Positions 54,581 to 62,978 of a stretch of DNA of 64,000 nucleotides are shown here, in pieces. The DNA comes from an uncultured bacterium (lineage in GTDB: Bacteria; Verrucomicrobiota; Kiritimatiellia; RFP12; UBA1067), in assembly GCA_902779565.1 (NCBI GenBank), contig CACZCD010000002.1, positions 1,128 to 65,127 of the forward strand, in the 5' to 3' direction. The notes beneath the pieces were generated by a model. The model had not been told where the DNA came from. It did not search any database and saw nothing but the letters and a program-made list of their open reading frames with translations. A program made the position numbers and the translations under genes. Positions within the stretch are counted from its first letter, which is position 1. The number at the start of each line of letters is the position of its first letter.

Positions 54581-55393
54581 ATGAAAATGAAAAGAAGACT
54601 GGGCTTCTTCGGGGCCGGTAAGATGGCGGAGGGGATTGTGCAGGCCATTGCGGCCGTTGGCACGATGCCGCTTGGACGTGTCGTGATGGCGGAGACGTTC
54701 CCCGCCCGCGCGGCAGAGATGGCGAAGCGCTATGGCGTGCAGACGACGCCGGATGCGGCGGCGGTCGTCAAGGCGGCGGACGCCATTTTTCTTGCGGTGA
54801 AGCCGCAGGATGTTGCGGCGCTCGCGGCGCAGGTGAAGCCCCTGCTCACGGAAAAGAAACTCGTCATCTCCATCGTGGCGGGCAAATCGCTGGCGACCTT
54901 GCGGAAGATGTTCGGCGTCCAGGTGCGCCTTGTGCGGGTGATGCCCAATCTCGCGCTCCGCGCGAAAGAAGGGATGTGCGCGATCTGCCCGGCGAAGAAC
55001 GCGACGAAAGCGGATGTCAAACTGGTCGAATCGATTCTCGGCGCGGCGGGGCAGACGGCCCTTCTGAAGGAGAAGGACTTCGATGCGGTGACGGCGCTTT
55101 CCGGTTCGGGTCCGGCTTTCTTCGCCTACATGGAGGAGGCGATGGCCGAAGGCGGTGTGAAGCTGGGGCTCAAGCCGGCGGTGGCGCGTCAGCTTGCGGA
55201 GCAGACGATGCTCGGCACGGCGGCGTATCTCCGGCAGAGCGGTGCCAATCTTGGCGAGTTCATCGCTGGGGTTGCCACCAAGGGCGGCACGACGGCGGCC
55301 GGCATGGACGTGATGCGTGCGAGTGATTTCAAGAAAGTGGTCGCGGCCACGCTTGCGGCGGCGGCGAAACGTAGTGCGGAACTCGGAAAATGA
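54581..55393 (+). CDS. proC: Pyrroline-5-carboxylate reductase
   Basis: Rossmann GFFGAGKMAEG; P5CR C-terminal domain. Confidence 0.8.
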   Translation: MKMKRRLGFFGAGKMAEGIVQAIAAVGTMPLGRVVMAETFPARAAEMAKRYGVQTTPDAAAVVKAADAIFLAVKPQDVAALAAQVKPLLTEKKLVISIVAGKSLATLRKMFGVQVRLVRVMPNLALRAKEGMCAICPAKNATKADVKLVESILGAAGQTALLKEKDFDAVTALSGSGPAFFAYMEEAMAEGGVKLGLKPAVARQLAEQTMLGTAAYLRQSGANLGEFIAGVATKGGTTAAGMDVMRASDFKKVVAATLAAAAKRSAELGK

Positions 55394-56106
55394 AGTGGTA
55401 TGTCAAGAATGCGGACGGGAAGGTGTTCGGTCCCGTTGACGACGAAAAGCTGCTCGCTTGGGTAAAGGATGGGCGTGTGGAGCCGTTCGCCGGTGTTTCC
55501 AACGACCTTAAGACGTGGAAGCTTGCTTCGCTTGTTCCATCATTGGAGATGGATTGGCTTATTGAGAACGAGCCGGGGCGGTTCTATGGACCGACCCACC
55601 GCGCGGTCATCGACGATCTTCTGAAGTCCGAGGCGCTGGCCGCGACCTGTCGCATCTATCGCGACGACCATGGCGGGCAGGCCGAGAAGGAGGCGGCCGC
55701 GGCGCGGGACGAGGCGGAGCGGGCGATGGCCGAGGTTCAGGCCGACGCCGAGAAGGCGATGACGGAACTGAAGAACGAGGCGGAGCGCACGTTGTCGGAA
55801 AAGGAAGCGGCGATTGCGGCGCTGCAGAAAGATCTGGAGTCGTTCCGGACGCGTGCGGAGGAGAGCGAAGCGCGTGTGGCGGAGCTCGAGTCGAAGCTGG
55901 AGAAGCTCACGGAAACGCGTCCGCGCGAGTGGCAGGCCGAGGTGCTGGAGCCGGAGGTCGTCTCCGAAGCGCCGCCGCCCATGGTGCGCGAGATCTTCAA
56001 GCCCGGCCGTGCGCAGACGCTTGCGGATCTTGAACGTCAGGCGCAGGCGGAGCTGGCGCGGATGGGTGCGGTGCGAGCCAAAAAGTTTTTTGGGATCAAG
56101 AAATAA
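55390..56106 (+). CDS. DUF4339 (GYF-like) domain protein with coiled-coil C-terminus
   Basis: Two GYF-like modules (WYVKNADGKVFGPVDDEKLLAWVKDGRV..; ..RFYGPTHRAVIDDLLKSEAL..) then an E/A/R-rich coiled coil. Confidence 0.55.
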   Translation: MKWYVKNADGKVFGPVDDEKLLAWVKDGRVEPFAGVSNDLKTWKLASLVPSLEMDWLIENEPGRFYGPTHRAVIDDLLKSEALAATCRIYRDDHGGQAEKEAAAARDEAERAMAEVQADAEKAMTELKNEAERTLSEKEAAIAALQKDLESFRTRAEESEARVAELESKLEKLTETRPREWQAEVLEPEVVSEAPPPMVREIFKPGRAQTLADLERQAQAELARMGAVRAKKFFGIKK

Positions 56107-56123
56107 CAGGGCGTACGGCAAGA

Positions 56124-56160
56124 TACCAATTACCAACTATCAACTATCAACTGCCAACTG
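56124..56160. repeat. Intergenic tandem repeat (CAACTAT/CAACTG units)
   Basis: Direct read of ccaattaccaactatcaactatcaactgccaactg. Confidence 0.6.
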
Positions 56161-56175
56161 TAACAGGGAGATGCC

Positions 56176-57693
56176 ATGTCGGAAAAGTGGTATTTGAGAA
56201 CGCAGGATGACACGTTCGGGCCTGAGACGCGGGAACGTCTCCTGGAATGGGCGAAGATGGGGCGGATTCAGCCCGGACAGGAGATTTCCAATGACGGTGA
56301 GACGTGGAAGCCGGCGGTTGAGATTCCGTTTCTTGACATGCGGTGGTCCATCGATATTGGCGATGGCACGCCGCGTGGTCCGTTCAACCGGCATGCCGCC
56401 GAGGCGCTTCTCAAGAGTGGACGTCTTCCGCCGGGTTCCAAGATCGTCGAGGTGCCGCCCGCGTTTGAAGTCGCGGATCCCGCGCCGGCACCCGAAACTG
56501 TGCCGGATCCCGAACCGGCGCCGGCCGCCGAACCGGTGTCGGCCGAGCCGGCGGTCAAGGTTGTTGAGAAGATTGTGAAAGTGCCAGTCGAGGTCGTCAA
56601 GGAAGTCCCGGTTGAGAAGATCGTCGAAAAGGAAGTCGTCAAAGAGGTCCCCGTCGAGAAGATCGTCGAGCGGGAGGTGCGCGTTGAGGTTCCGGTCGAG
56701 GTCATCAAGGAAGTCCCGGTCGAAAAGATCGTAGAGAAGGAACGGATCGTCGAGGTTGAGTCGCCGGAGCTGCTGGCGCGGGCGGCGGCGCTCGAGGCGG
56801 CGGTGGCGGCGGCGCGGGAAGAGGGCGCCAAGGCGCTCTCCGCCGCGCAGCAGGAGCGCGAGCAGGCGATTACGACGCTCCGGGCGGAGGGGGAGAAGGC
56901 ACTTTCCGCCGCGCGTGAACAGCATGAGCAGGAACTGCTTGCGACCCGGCAGCAGGGCGAACAGGCGCTCTCCGCCGAACGGGCCGAAAGCGAGCGTACG
57001 AAGAAGGAGCTCGAGGAGGCGAAGCGGGAGACGCTGACGCTTGAAAGCGAGATCCGCCGTCTTCCTTCGAATGCCAAGGAGGCCGCGGATACGGAGGCCG
57101 CCGTTTATTGGCTGATGCGCGACGAGGCGGACGACCTTGAGCGGGCGATCGCCGAGGAGAAAGCGGAGGCGGAGGCGGCGCAGAAGCGTTGGCACGCGCG
57201 CGCCGATCGTCTGGCGGCGCGACGCATTGAGATCCTCAAACGGATTGGCGATGACGCAAAGGACATGAAGAGCCGTGCGCTCCGTGCCAACCCCGTGGAT
57301 CCGCGCACCGTACAGCTGCGGCAGGAGCTGGACGCGCTCCGCCTCGTCGCTGAGAAGAGTGCCTACGAAAGCGGCCAGCGGATCAAGGATCTGACCCGTG
57401 CGTTGAACGAGAAGACCACGGAGGCCTCGCGGTTGGCCGCGCAGGTGGCGGACGTGAAGCGGCTGCAGGATCAGATACAGGAGCTGCGCGAGCGGTTGCA
57501 GCTTCGCGAAAAGGAGCTGATGGTGGAACGCCAGGCGAGCGAAGAGCTGCGTCGGGCGGCCGAGTCCGCGCAGCAGTCTCTGCTCAAGCGTCTTTCTGAA
57601 CTTGAGAGCGGTTTGCCGGGGCATACGGACCAGTCGCGGGAGGCGCGCGCGCAGGCTTCCCGTTTCCCGTCCTGGATGCAGCTCAAGAAATGA
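56176..57693 (+). CDS. DUF4339 (GYF-like) domain protein with a V-E-K-I-V-E/K-E-V-P tandem peptide-repeat region and long coiled coil; paralog of the upstream gene
   Basis: WYLRTQDDTFGPETRERLLEWAKMGRIQP..; repeats (VEKIVEKEVVKEVPVEKIVEREVRVEVPVEVIKEVPVEKIVEKE); coiled-coil tail. Confidence 0.55.
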   Translation: MSEKWYLRTQDDTFGPETRERLLEWAKMGRIQPGQEISNDGETWKPAVEIPFLDMRWSIDIGDGTPRGPFNRHAAEALLKSGRLPPGSKIVEVPPAFEVADPAPAPETVPDPEPAPAAEPVSAEPAVKVVEKIVKVPVEVVKEVPVEKIVEKEVVKEVPVEKIVEREVRVEVPVEVIKEVPVEKIVEKERIVEVESPELLARAAALEAAVAAAREEGAKALSAAQQEREQAITTLRAEGEKALSAAREQHEQELLATRQQGEQALSAERAESERTKKELEEAKRETLTLESEIRRLPSNAKEAADTEAAVYWLMRDEADDLERAIAEEKAEAEAAQKRWHARADRLAARRIEILKRIGDDAKDMKSRALRANPVDPRTVQLRQELDALRLVAEKSAYESGQRIKDLTRALNEKTTEASRLAAQVADVKRLQDQIQELRERLQLREKELMVERQASEELRRAAESAQQSLLKRLSELESGLPGHTDQSREARAQASRFPSWMQLKK

Positions 57694-57694
57694 C

Positions 57695-58357
57695 ATGAAG
57701 TCCCTTTCGCTCGTGATACCAGCGTATGGTGCCGGGGATCTTCTCGGCAGGATCCTGGCGCATGTTCCCGAGCTGTCTGCCGTCGCGACGCGCTGCGGGT
57801 TTGAGCTGGTCGAGACGATCGTGGTGGATGACGGAAGCCAACCACCGATTGAAGATGTCGCATCGGATTCCGTTCCGCCGGTTCGATTGCTTCGCAACGC
57901 CGAAAACCGCGGCAAGGGTTACAGCGTGCGACGCGGCGCACTGGAGGCGAAGGGGGACTGGGTGCTGATGAGCGATGTCGATGAATCCGTGCCGCTGTTA
58001 GAGTTTGCGGTGCTGGCGCCGCTGGCCGACCGGGCGATCGTCTGCGGAAGCCGCCGTTGCGGCAAGGACGCGCGCCCGTTTCATCGCCGTGCGCTCTCGG
58101 CGCTTTTCAACGCCCTGACGGGCACGGGGCTCAAAGATACGCAGTGCGGATTCAAGCTCTTCAATATGGTTCTCATGCGCCCGATCTTCGAGAGCCAGCG
58201 CACGGAACGCTTTGCGTTTGACGTGGAACTGATCCGCAAGGCCCCCTCCGTCGTTGAGGTGCCCGTGCCTTGGCGGGGCGGGCGACGGAGTTCGCTCAAA
58301 GTGTGGCGCGACGCCCCGCGCATGCTCTGGGATTTGATTCGGATCCGCTGCTCTTAG
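57695..58357 (+). CDS. Family 2 glycosyltransferase (DPM1/GtrB-like)
   Basis: SLVIPAYG...VVDDGS...DVDES (DXD)...QCGFKLF; start overlaps the upstream stop. Confidence 0.8.
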   Translation: MKSLSLVIPAYGAGDLLGRILAHVPELSAVATRCGFELVETIVVDDGSQPPIEDVASDSVPPVRLLRNAENRGKGYSVRRGALEAKGDWVLMSDVDESVPLLEFAVLAPLADRAIVCGSRRCGKDARPFHRRALSALFNALTGTGLKDTQCGFKLFNMVLMRPIFESQRTERFAFDVELIRKAPSVVEVPVPWRGGRRSSLKVWRDAPRMLWDLIRIRCS

Positions 58358-58400
58358 GGGAGGAAGCGAGAGCCTCAATCCTGAGCCAAAGTAAAAAGAT

Positions 58401-59009
58401 ATGAAGAAGATACTTTATCTGCATGGCTTTGGGTCGTCTGGCGCGAGCGGGACGGTCGATCTGCTGAGGCGGGAGTTCTGGGAGCGGTCGGAGGTGGCGC
58501 ATCGGGCCGTCGTCGTGGCGCCGGACATTCCGCTCGATCCATTTGTCGCCATGCCCAAGTTGGAGGAGCTGGCGTACGAAGAGATGCCGGATCTGGTCAT
58601 CGGCACCTCGATGGGCGGGTTCTATGCCCAGCAGTTGCATGGGTTCACGCGCATCTGCGTGAATCCCTCGTTCTGGCTGACGAAGAAGTATGACATCCTG
58701 TATGTGGGGAAGCACAAGTGGCTCAATCGCCGCAAGGATGGCGAAACAGAGTTCCATGTGACGAAAGAGACGATTGCGCACTTCCAGGAAATGGAGGCGC
58801 ACCAGTTCGACGGTGTGACAGACGATGACCGCACGCTGTGTCACGCTCTTTTCGGCGACGAGGACACGCTTCTCTCCGAGCAGACCCGCCCAGTCTTCGA
58901 GCAGCACTATCCCGGCATGTCCCATGCATTCCCCGGGGGGCATCGGATGAACGACTACATCGTCACGCATACGCTTCTCCCTTATATCCGTGGGCTGAAC
59001 ATCATTTGA
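58401..59009 (+). CDS. YqiA-like (UPF0227) alpha/beta-hydrolase esterase
   Basis: ILYLHGFGSS...GTSMGGFYA nucleophile elbow; ~200 aa. Confidence 0.65.
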   Translation: MKKILYLHGFGSSGASGTVDLLRREFWERSEVAHRAVVVAPDIPLDPFVAMPKLEELAYEEMPDLVIGTSMGGFYAQQLHGFTRICVNPSFWLTKKYDILYVGKHKWLNRRKDGETEFHVTKETIAHFQEMEAHQFDGVTDDDRTLCHALFGDEDTLLSEQTRPVFEQHYPGMSHAFPGGHRMNDYIVTHTLLPYIRGLNII

Positions 59010-59121
59010 GCCTACCGATACGCTATCATCGCTTGACGTCTGGATAGGCGCTATAAGAATTTATAGACCGACATCGGCTTCAATAATTTCTTGGGCTCCG
59101 CAAAAATTGCATTCCCTGATT

Positions 59122-59148
59122 AGAATTTGACCGCACGGTCAGAATTTG
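59122..59148. promoter_or_regulatory. Operator-like site: perfect palindrome TGACCGcaCGGTCA flanked by direct AGAATTTG repeats, in an AT-rich spacer
   Basis: Direct read of agaatttgaccgcacggtcagaatttg. Confidence 0.45.
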
Positions 59149-59268
59149 CAGGACCATTTGGCGGGAATGAGTTCAAAAAGCGCGTGCGCACGTGATTTCT
59201 CCGTAAGACATGTGCACTTGGCACGGTTATTGCTAGTATGATCTGTTGCTTAAATAGGAAAGGTCTGT

Positions 59269-59553
59269 ATGCACAACGAGATTGAAATGATTGACACCGA
59301 AGATATCTTCGACGAAATGGCCAGGTGCGGCAAAGTGCCGGTTCAGAAATCCAAAGACCGCCGGAAACGGTCGGGGAAGAATCTCTTCGCCGAAATCAAG
59401 GTCAAGATGGTCATGCGCATCTATGGCGTCGCGCGCGTCGAGGCGCTTGAAATCATCGCCGCGCGTGAATCCGCCCGCAAGGCGGCGGAAAAGGCGGAGT
59501 CCAGCTCCGCCGATAATGAACTCATGGATGCCGGAACGTTCCTCGGCGCGTAA
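59269..59553 (+). CDS. Small basic hypothetical protein (94 aa) upstream of the tandem-AAA gene
   Basis: ORF only; KR-rich centre (KSKDRRKRSGK); 26-nt gap to the next gene. Confidence 0.35.
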   Translation: MHNEIEMIDTEDIFDEMARCGKVPVQKSKDRRKRSGKNLFAEIKVKMVMRIYGVARVEALEIIAARESARKAAEKAESSSADNELMDAGTFLGA

Positions 59554-59579
59554 AATCAAGAAAGGAAAGGATAGATACA

Positions 59580-61754
59580 ATGGCGAAATTCAAACAGGTC
59601 CCGCAGACGTTCCTTTACCGGAAGCTTCTGGGCTTCTGGGGGAACATGGTGAAGAATTACCGCGACGATTGCCGTGATGACGACTTTTTCGACATTGCCC
59701 GCAACTGCTTCGACCACGACAAGGCCATTGAGCTGATCGAGGTGGCCTACACCGAGAAGGAGCTGGGGGAGATGCGCCACGCCAAGTCCCGCGGCAACCG
59801 TCTGGATTTTTCGGATTCGCTCGACGATATCCTCTGCGCGCTCTGGAACCACGAGCGGACGCGTGACAAATGCCGGGCCGTGCTGGACGCGATGCGCGAA
59901 TACATGCTGGCGGACGCGGGGACGAGCAAGGATATCGTGGAAACCCGGTTTGCCGAGCTGAAGCGCGTACTGAAGCTTGACGACCTGGAATCGGAAATCC
60001 TGATGCTCGCGTACATCCGCGACCAGACGTGCTTCTCCTGGCCGCTTCGGGTGGAGGACCGCGAGAAGTCCCTCTATTATGCGATGGCGCTGGACCGCTC
60101 CTATGCGGAGGTGGCACGTGCGATGTCGCCGCAGGGGAAGCTCCTGAAGTTCAATCTTCTGGATGGTGACTATGATTTCTGCCGTCGGACACTGGGCGGG
60201 TACATGGATGGCACGACGGACGAGACGATTGAACGCCGTTTCTACGCCATACGCGACGATTCGGACGTCCTGCCGTGGGAGTTCTACGGAGAACTCGCGT
60301 CGAAGGACGGCGAGGTGCTGAAACGCATGATCGTGGCGAGCGGCGGGAAGTGCAACATCCTCCTCTACGGCGCGCCGGGCACCGGCAAGACCTCGTTCGC
60401 CCGCTCGCTCGCGAAGGAGCTGGGGCGGACTGCCTTCGAAATCAAGCAGGGCGACGACGACGGCAAGAACATGAAGGCCGAAGCGCGCATGATGGGCATT
60501 CAGGTGTGCAACTCCCAGGAGGACCCGGCGGGCAGTTTGATGATTGTGGACGAGGCAGACGAGCTGCTGCGCGGCACCTCGTGCGGGTTCAGCCTGTTCG
60601 GGTTCGACTTCGCCGGCGGAAAATCAACCGAGAAGGGCGTGATGAACGCGATTCTCGACGAGATGAAGCTCCCCGCCGTGTGGATTTCCAACGCGCCGGC
60701 GGAGACGATGGACGAGTCGGTCCGCCGCCGCTTCGACTACTCCATCTGCTTTGAGCGGCTGAACGGTGTCCAGCGCATCGCCATCTGGCGGAACCAGGTG
60801 GCGAAGCACGGACTGGAGGCGTTGATCCCTGCGGCGAAGGTCGAGGAATACGCCACGCAGTACGAGACGAGCGCGGGCGGTATCTCGACGGTGCTTGCGA
60901 ACGTGAAGCGCATGGCGCCGTCGGCGGAGAAGGTGGACGAACTTGTCGCCACCCTCATGAAGCCGCACTGCAAGCTCATGGGCGTGAAGGACTCCCATGC
61001 GTTTCTCCCGGCGAAGGACTATTCGCTCGAGGGGCTTAACGTCAAGGGGAAGGTCACGCCGGAGCGCATCGTCAAGGCCGTGCGGAACTACCTTGACGTG
61101 GATTTCAGTCTGGCGGCGGAGGACAAACCCCGCATGAACGTCCTGCTCTATGGGCCTCCCGGCACGGGCAAGACCGAGTTCGTCAAATATCTCGGAAAGG
61201 CGCTCGACCGGAAGGTGCTCGTCGTGAAAGGGAGTGACCTGCTTTCCAAGTATGTCGGCGAGAGCGAGCAGAACATCGCGAACGCGTTCCGTCAGGCGGA
61301 GGCTGAGCACGCCATCCTCTTCTTTGATGAGGTGGATGGGTTGCTGCAGGACCGTGCGGGTGCCAGCCACAGCTGGGAGATTACGCAGGTGAACGAACTT
61401 CTTCAGCAGATGGAGAACTTCGACGGGGTGATGGTCGCGGCGACGAACTTCGCGAAGAACCTCGACCCCGCGACGATGCGCCGGTTCACGTTCAAGCTGG
61501 AGTTCGGCTATCTCGATGATGATGGGAAACGGATGTTCTTCGAGCGCATGTTCAAGACGACGCTCACGGCGGACGAGTTCGCGGAACTGAAGTATCTGCG
61601 GAACCTCGCGCCCGGCGACTTCCGTACCGTCCGTCAGGAGCAGTTCTACCTCGGTGATGAGGTGTCGAACAAGGACCGCATCGAGGCCCTGAAGGAGGAG
61701 TGCGCCGTCAAGAAGGACGGCGAAAGCTCCAGTCCCATCGGTTTCGCCGCGTAA
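59580..61754 (+). CDS. Tandem classical-AAA ATPase (two AAA modules) with ~260-aa N-terminal domain of unknown function
   Basis: D1 Walker A LLYGAPGTGKTS, Walker B MIVDEADELL, VRRRFDYSI; D2 Walker A LLYGPPGTGKTE, Walker B ILFFDEVDGLL, SRH-like ATNFAKNLDPATMRRFTFKLEF (resembles the Vps4/katanin 'RRRF' clade). Confidence 0.8.
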   Translation: MAKFKQVPQTFLYRKLLGFWGNMVKNYRDDCRDDDFFDIARNCFDHDKAIELIEVAYTEKELGEMRHAKSRGNRLDFSDSLDDILCALWNHERTRDKCRAVLDAMREYMLADAGTSKDIVETRFAELKRVLKLDDLESEILMLAYIRDQTCFSWPLRVEDREKSLYYAMALDRSYAEVARAMSPQGKLLKFNLLDGDYDFCRRTLGGYMDGTTDETIERRFYAIRDDSDVLPWEFYGELASKDGEVLKRMIVASGGKCNILLYGAPGTGKTSFARSLAKELGRTAFEIKQGDDDGKNMKAEARMMGIQVCNSQEDPAGSLMIVDEADELLRGTSCGFSLFGFDFAGGKSTEKGVMNAILDEMKLPAVWISNAPAETMDESVRRRFDYSICFERLNGVQRIAIWRNQVAKHGLEALIPAAKVEEYATQYETSAGGISTVLANVKRMAPSAEKVDELVATLMKPHCKLMGVKDSHAFLPAKDYSLEGLNVKGKVTPERIVKAVRNYLDVDFSLAAEDKPRMNVLLYGPPGTGKTEFVKYLGKALDRKVLVVKGSDLLSKYVGESEQNIANAFRQAEAEHAILFFDEVDGLLQDRAGASHSWEITQVNELLQQMENFDGVMVAATNFAKNLDPATMRRFTFKLEFGYLDDDGKRMFFERMFKTTLTADEFAELKYLRNLAPGDFRTVRQEQFYLGDEVSNKDRIEALKEECAVKKDGESSSPIGFAA

Positions 61755-61769
61755 GAACCGCTTTTACAC

Positions 61770-61797
61770 TTTCACCATAATCGACCCTATGGTGAAA
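61770..61797 (+). terminator. Hairpin (10-bp perfect stem TTTCACCATA/TATGGTGAAA) 16 nt after the AAA gene stop
   Basis: Direct read; no clear U-tract, so it could be an operator rather than an intrinsic terminator. Confidence 0.35.
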
Positions 61798-61812
61798 TTG
61801 GCGGTGCGGAAT

Positions 61813-61831
61813 TATGGTATAATGCGCACCC
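61813..61831 (+). promoter_or_regulatory. Promoter motif TATGGTATAATGCGCACCC upstream of tRNA-Ser
   Basis: Family member ~30 nt upstream of the tRNA 5' end. Confidence 0.5.
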
Positions 61832-61861
61832 ATCTACGAAAGTAGAAGATGTTTGGTTTCT

Positions 61862-61949
61862 GGAGAGGTGGCGGAGTGGTCGATCGCGGCGGTCTTGAAA
61901 ACCGTTGTCCCGCAAGGGACCGGGGGTTCGAATCCCTCCCTCTCCGCCA
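61862..61949 (+). tRNA. tRNA-Ser (anticodon UGA), with encoded CCA
   Basis: Acceptor GGAGAGG/CCTCTCC, anticodon loop CTTGAAA, long variable arm (TGTCCCGCAAGGGACCG), T-arm GGGGGTTCGAATCCC, 3' G-CCA. Confidence 0.85.
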
Positions 61950-61983
61950 AACAATGAGTGGTTGTCGCGCCGGGCGGTGAGTC

Positions 61984-62919
61984 TCAGCGCTCGTCGACGA
62001 AGAGCGGTGTGGAGAAGTAACGTTCGGCCGTGTCGGGCAGGATGGTGACGACCGTCTTGCCAGGACCGAGGCGCTTGGCGAGCTTGAGCGCGGCGAAAAC
62101 GTTCGTGCCGGCGGAGATGCCCGCCAGAAGTCCTTCCTTGGCAGCGAGATCGCGGGCGCAGCCGAGCGCTTCCTCGTCAGTGACCACGCAGATGTGCGAG
62201 TAGATCTGCGTGTTGAGGTTGTCGGGGATGAGTCCGTCGCCGATGCCCATCTGGAGATGCGTACCCACCGTGCCGCCTGCGAGGATGGCGGCGTTCTTCG
62301 GCTCCACCGCCCAGATCTCGATGCCTGGGTTCTGCGCCTTCAGCACTTCGCCGATGCCGCTCAGCGTGCCGCCCGTCCCCACGCCCGAGCAGAACCCGTG
62401 GATGGGTTTTGCCGCCTGCTCCATGATTTCAAGCGCGGTACCGTGACGGTGCGCGGCAGGGTTCGCCGGATTGGAGAACTGCTCCGGCACGAACACATGC
62501 GGATCCTCCTTCGCCATGCGTTGGGCGATGGCGCAGCATTCCGCGATGGCGTCGCCGATGTTGCCCGCATCGTGCACGAGAATCACTTCGGCACCGTAGT
62601 GGCGCACGAGCTTGCGCCGCTCTTCGCTCACGCTGTCCGGCATCACGATCACGGTCTTGTAGCCTCTCACGGCACCCACCAACGCGAGACCGATGCCCTG
62701 GTTGCCGCTTGTCGGCTCCACGATGGTCGAATCCGGCGTGAGCAGACCGCGCGCTTCGGCGTCGCGGATCATGTTGTAGGCGGTACGCGTCTTGATGGAG
62801 CCGCCCACGTTGAGCGCCTCGAACTTCACCAGTACCTCGGCCATGTCCGGCGTGACCATGCGGTTGAGCCGCACCAGCGGGGTGTGGCCCATCGCATCCA
62901 GTATCGTGTTACAGATCAT
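61984..62919 (-). CDS. cysK: Cysteine synthase A (O-acetylserine sulfhydrylase)
   Basis: PLP lysine in NVGGSIKTRTA; GTGGT loop (GVGTGGTLSGIG); start MICNTIL chosen. Confidence 0.85.
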   Translation of the reverse strand: MICNTILDAMGHTPLVRLNRMVTPDMAEVLVKFEALNVGGSIKTRTAYNMIRDAEARGLLTPDSTIVEPTSGNQGIGLALVGAVRGYKTVIVMPDSVSEERRKLVRHYGAEVILVHDAGNIGDAIAECCAIAQRMAKEDPHVFVPEQFSNPANPAAHRHGTALEIMEQAAKPIHGFCSGVGTGGTLSGIGEVLKAQNPGIEIWAVEPKNAAILAGGTVGTHLQMGIGDGLIPDNLNTQIYSHICVVTDEEALGCARDLAAKEGLLAGISAGTNVFAALKLAKRLGPGKTVVTILPDTAERYFSTPLFVDER

Positions 62920-62978
62920 CTCATGATTCCTTGGATTTGTTGGTCGCGTATTATACCATGTTCCGGCGCAGGCAGAAT

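Noticed and set aside
56140-57915. 591-aa minus-strand ORF
   Set aside because: Antisense to the DUF4339 repeat/coiled-coil gene; it simply mirrors the + strand repeats.
59010-61949. tRNA-associated genomic island carrying the AAA locus
   Set aside because: There is no integrase and no direct repeat of the tRNA 3' end. The locus lies 5' of the tRNA, where islands do not normally insert, and the AAA gene's GC and codon usage look native. It is kept as a finding about an unusual locus, not as an integrated element.
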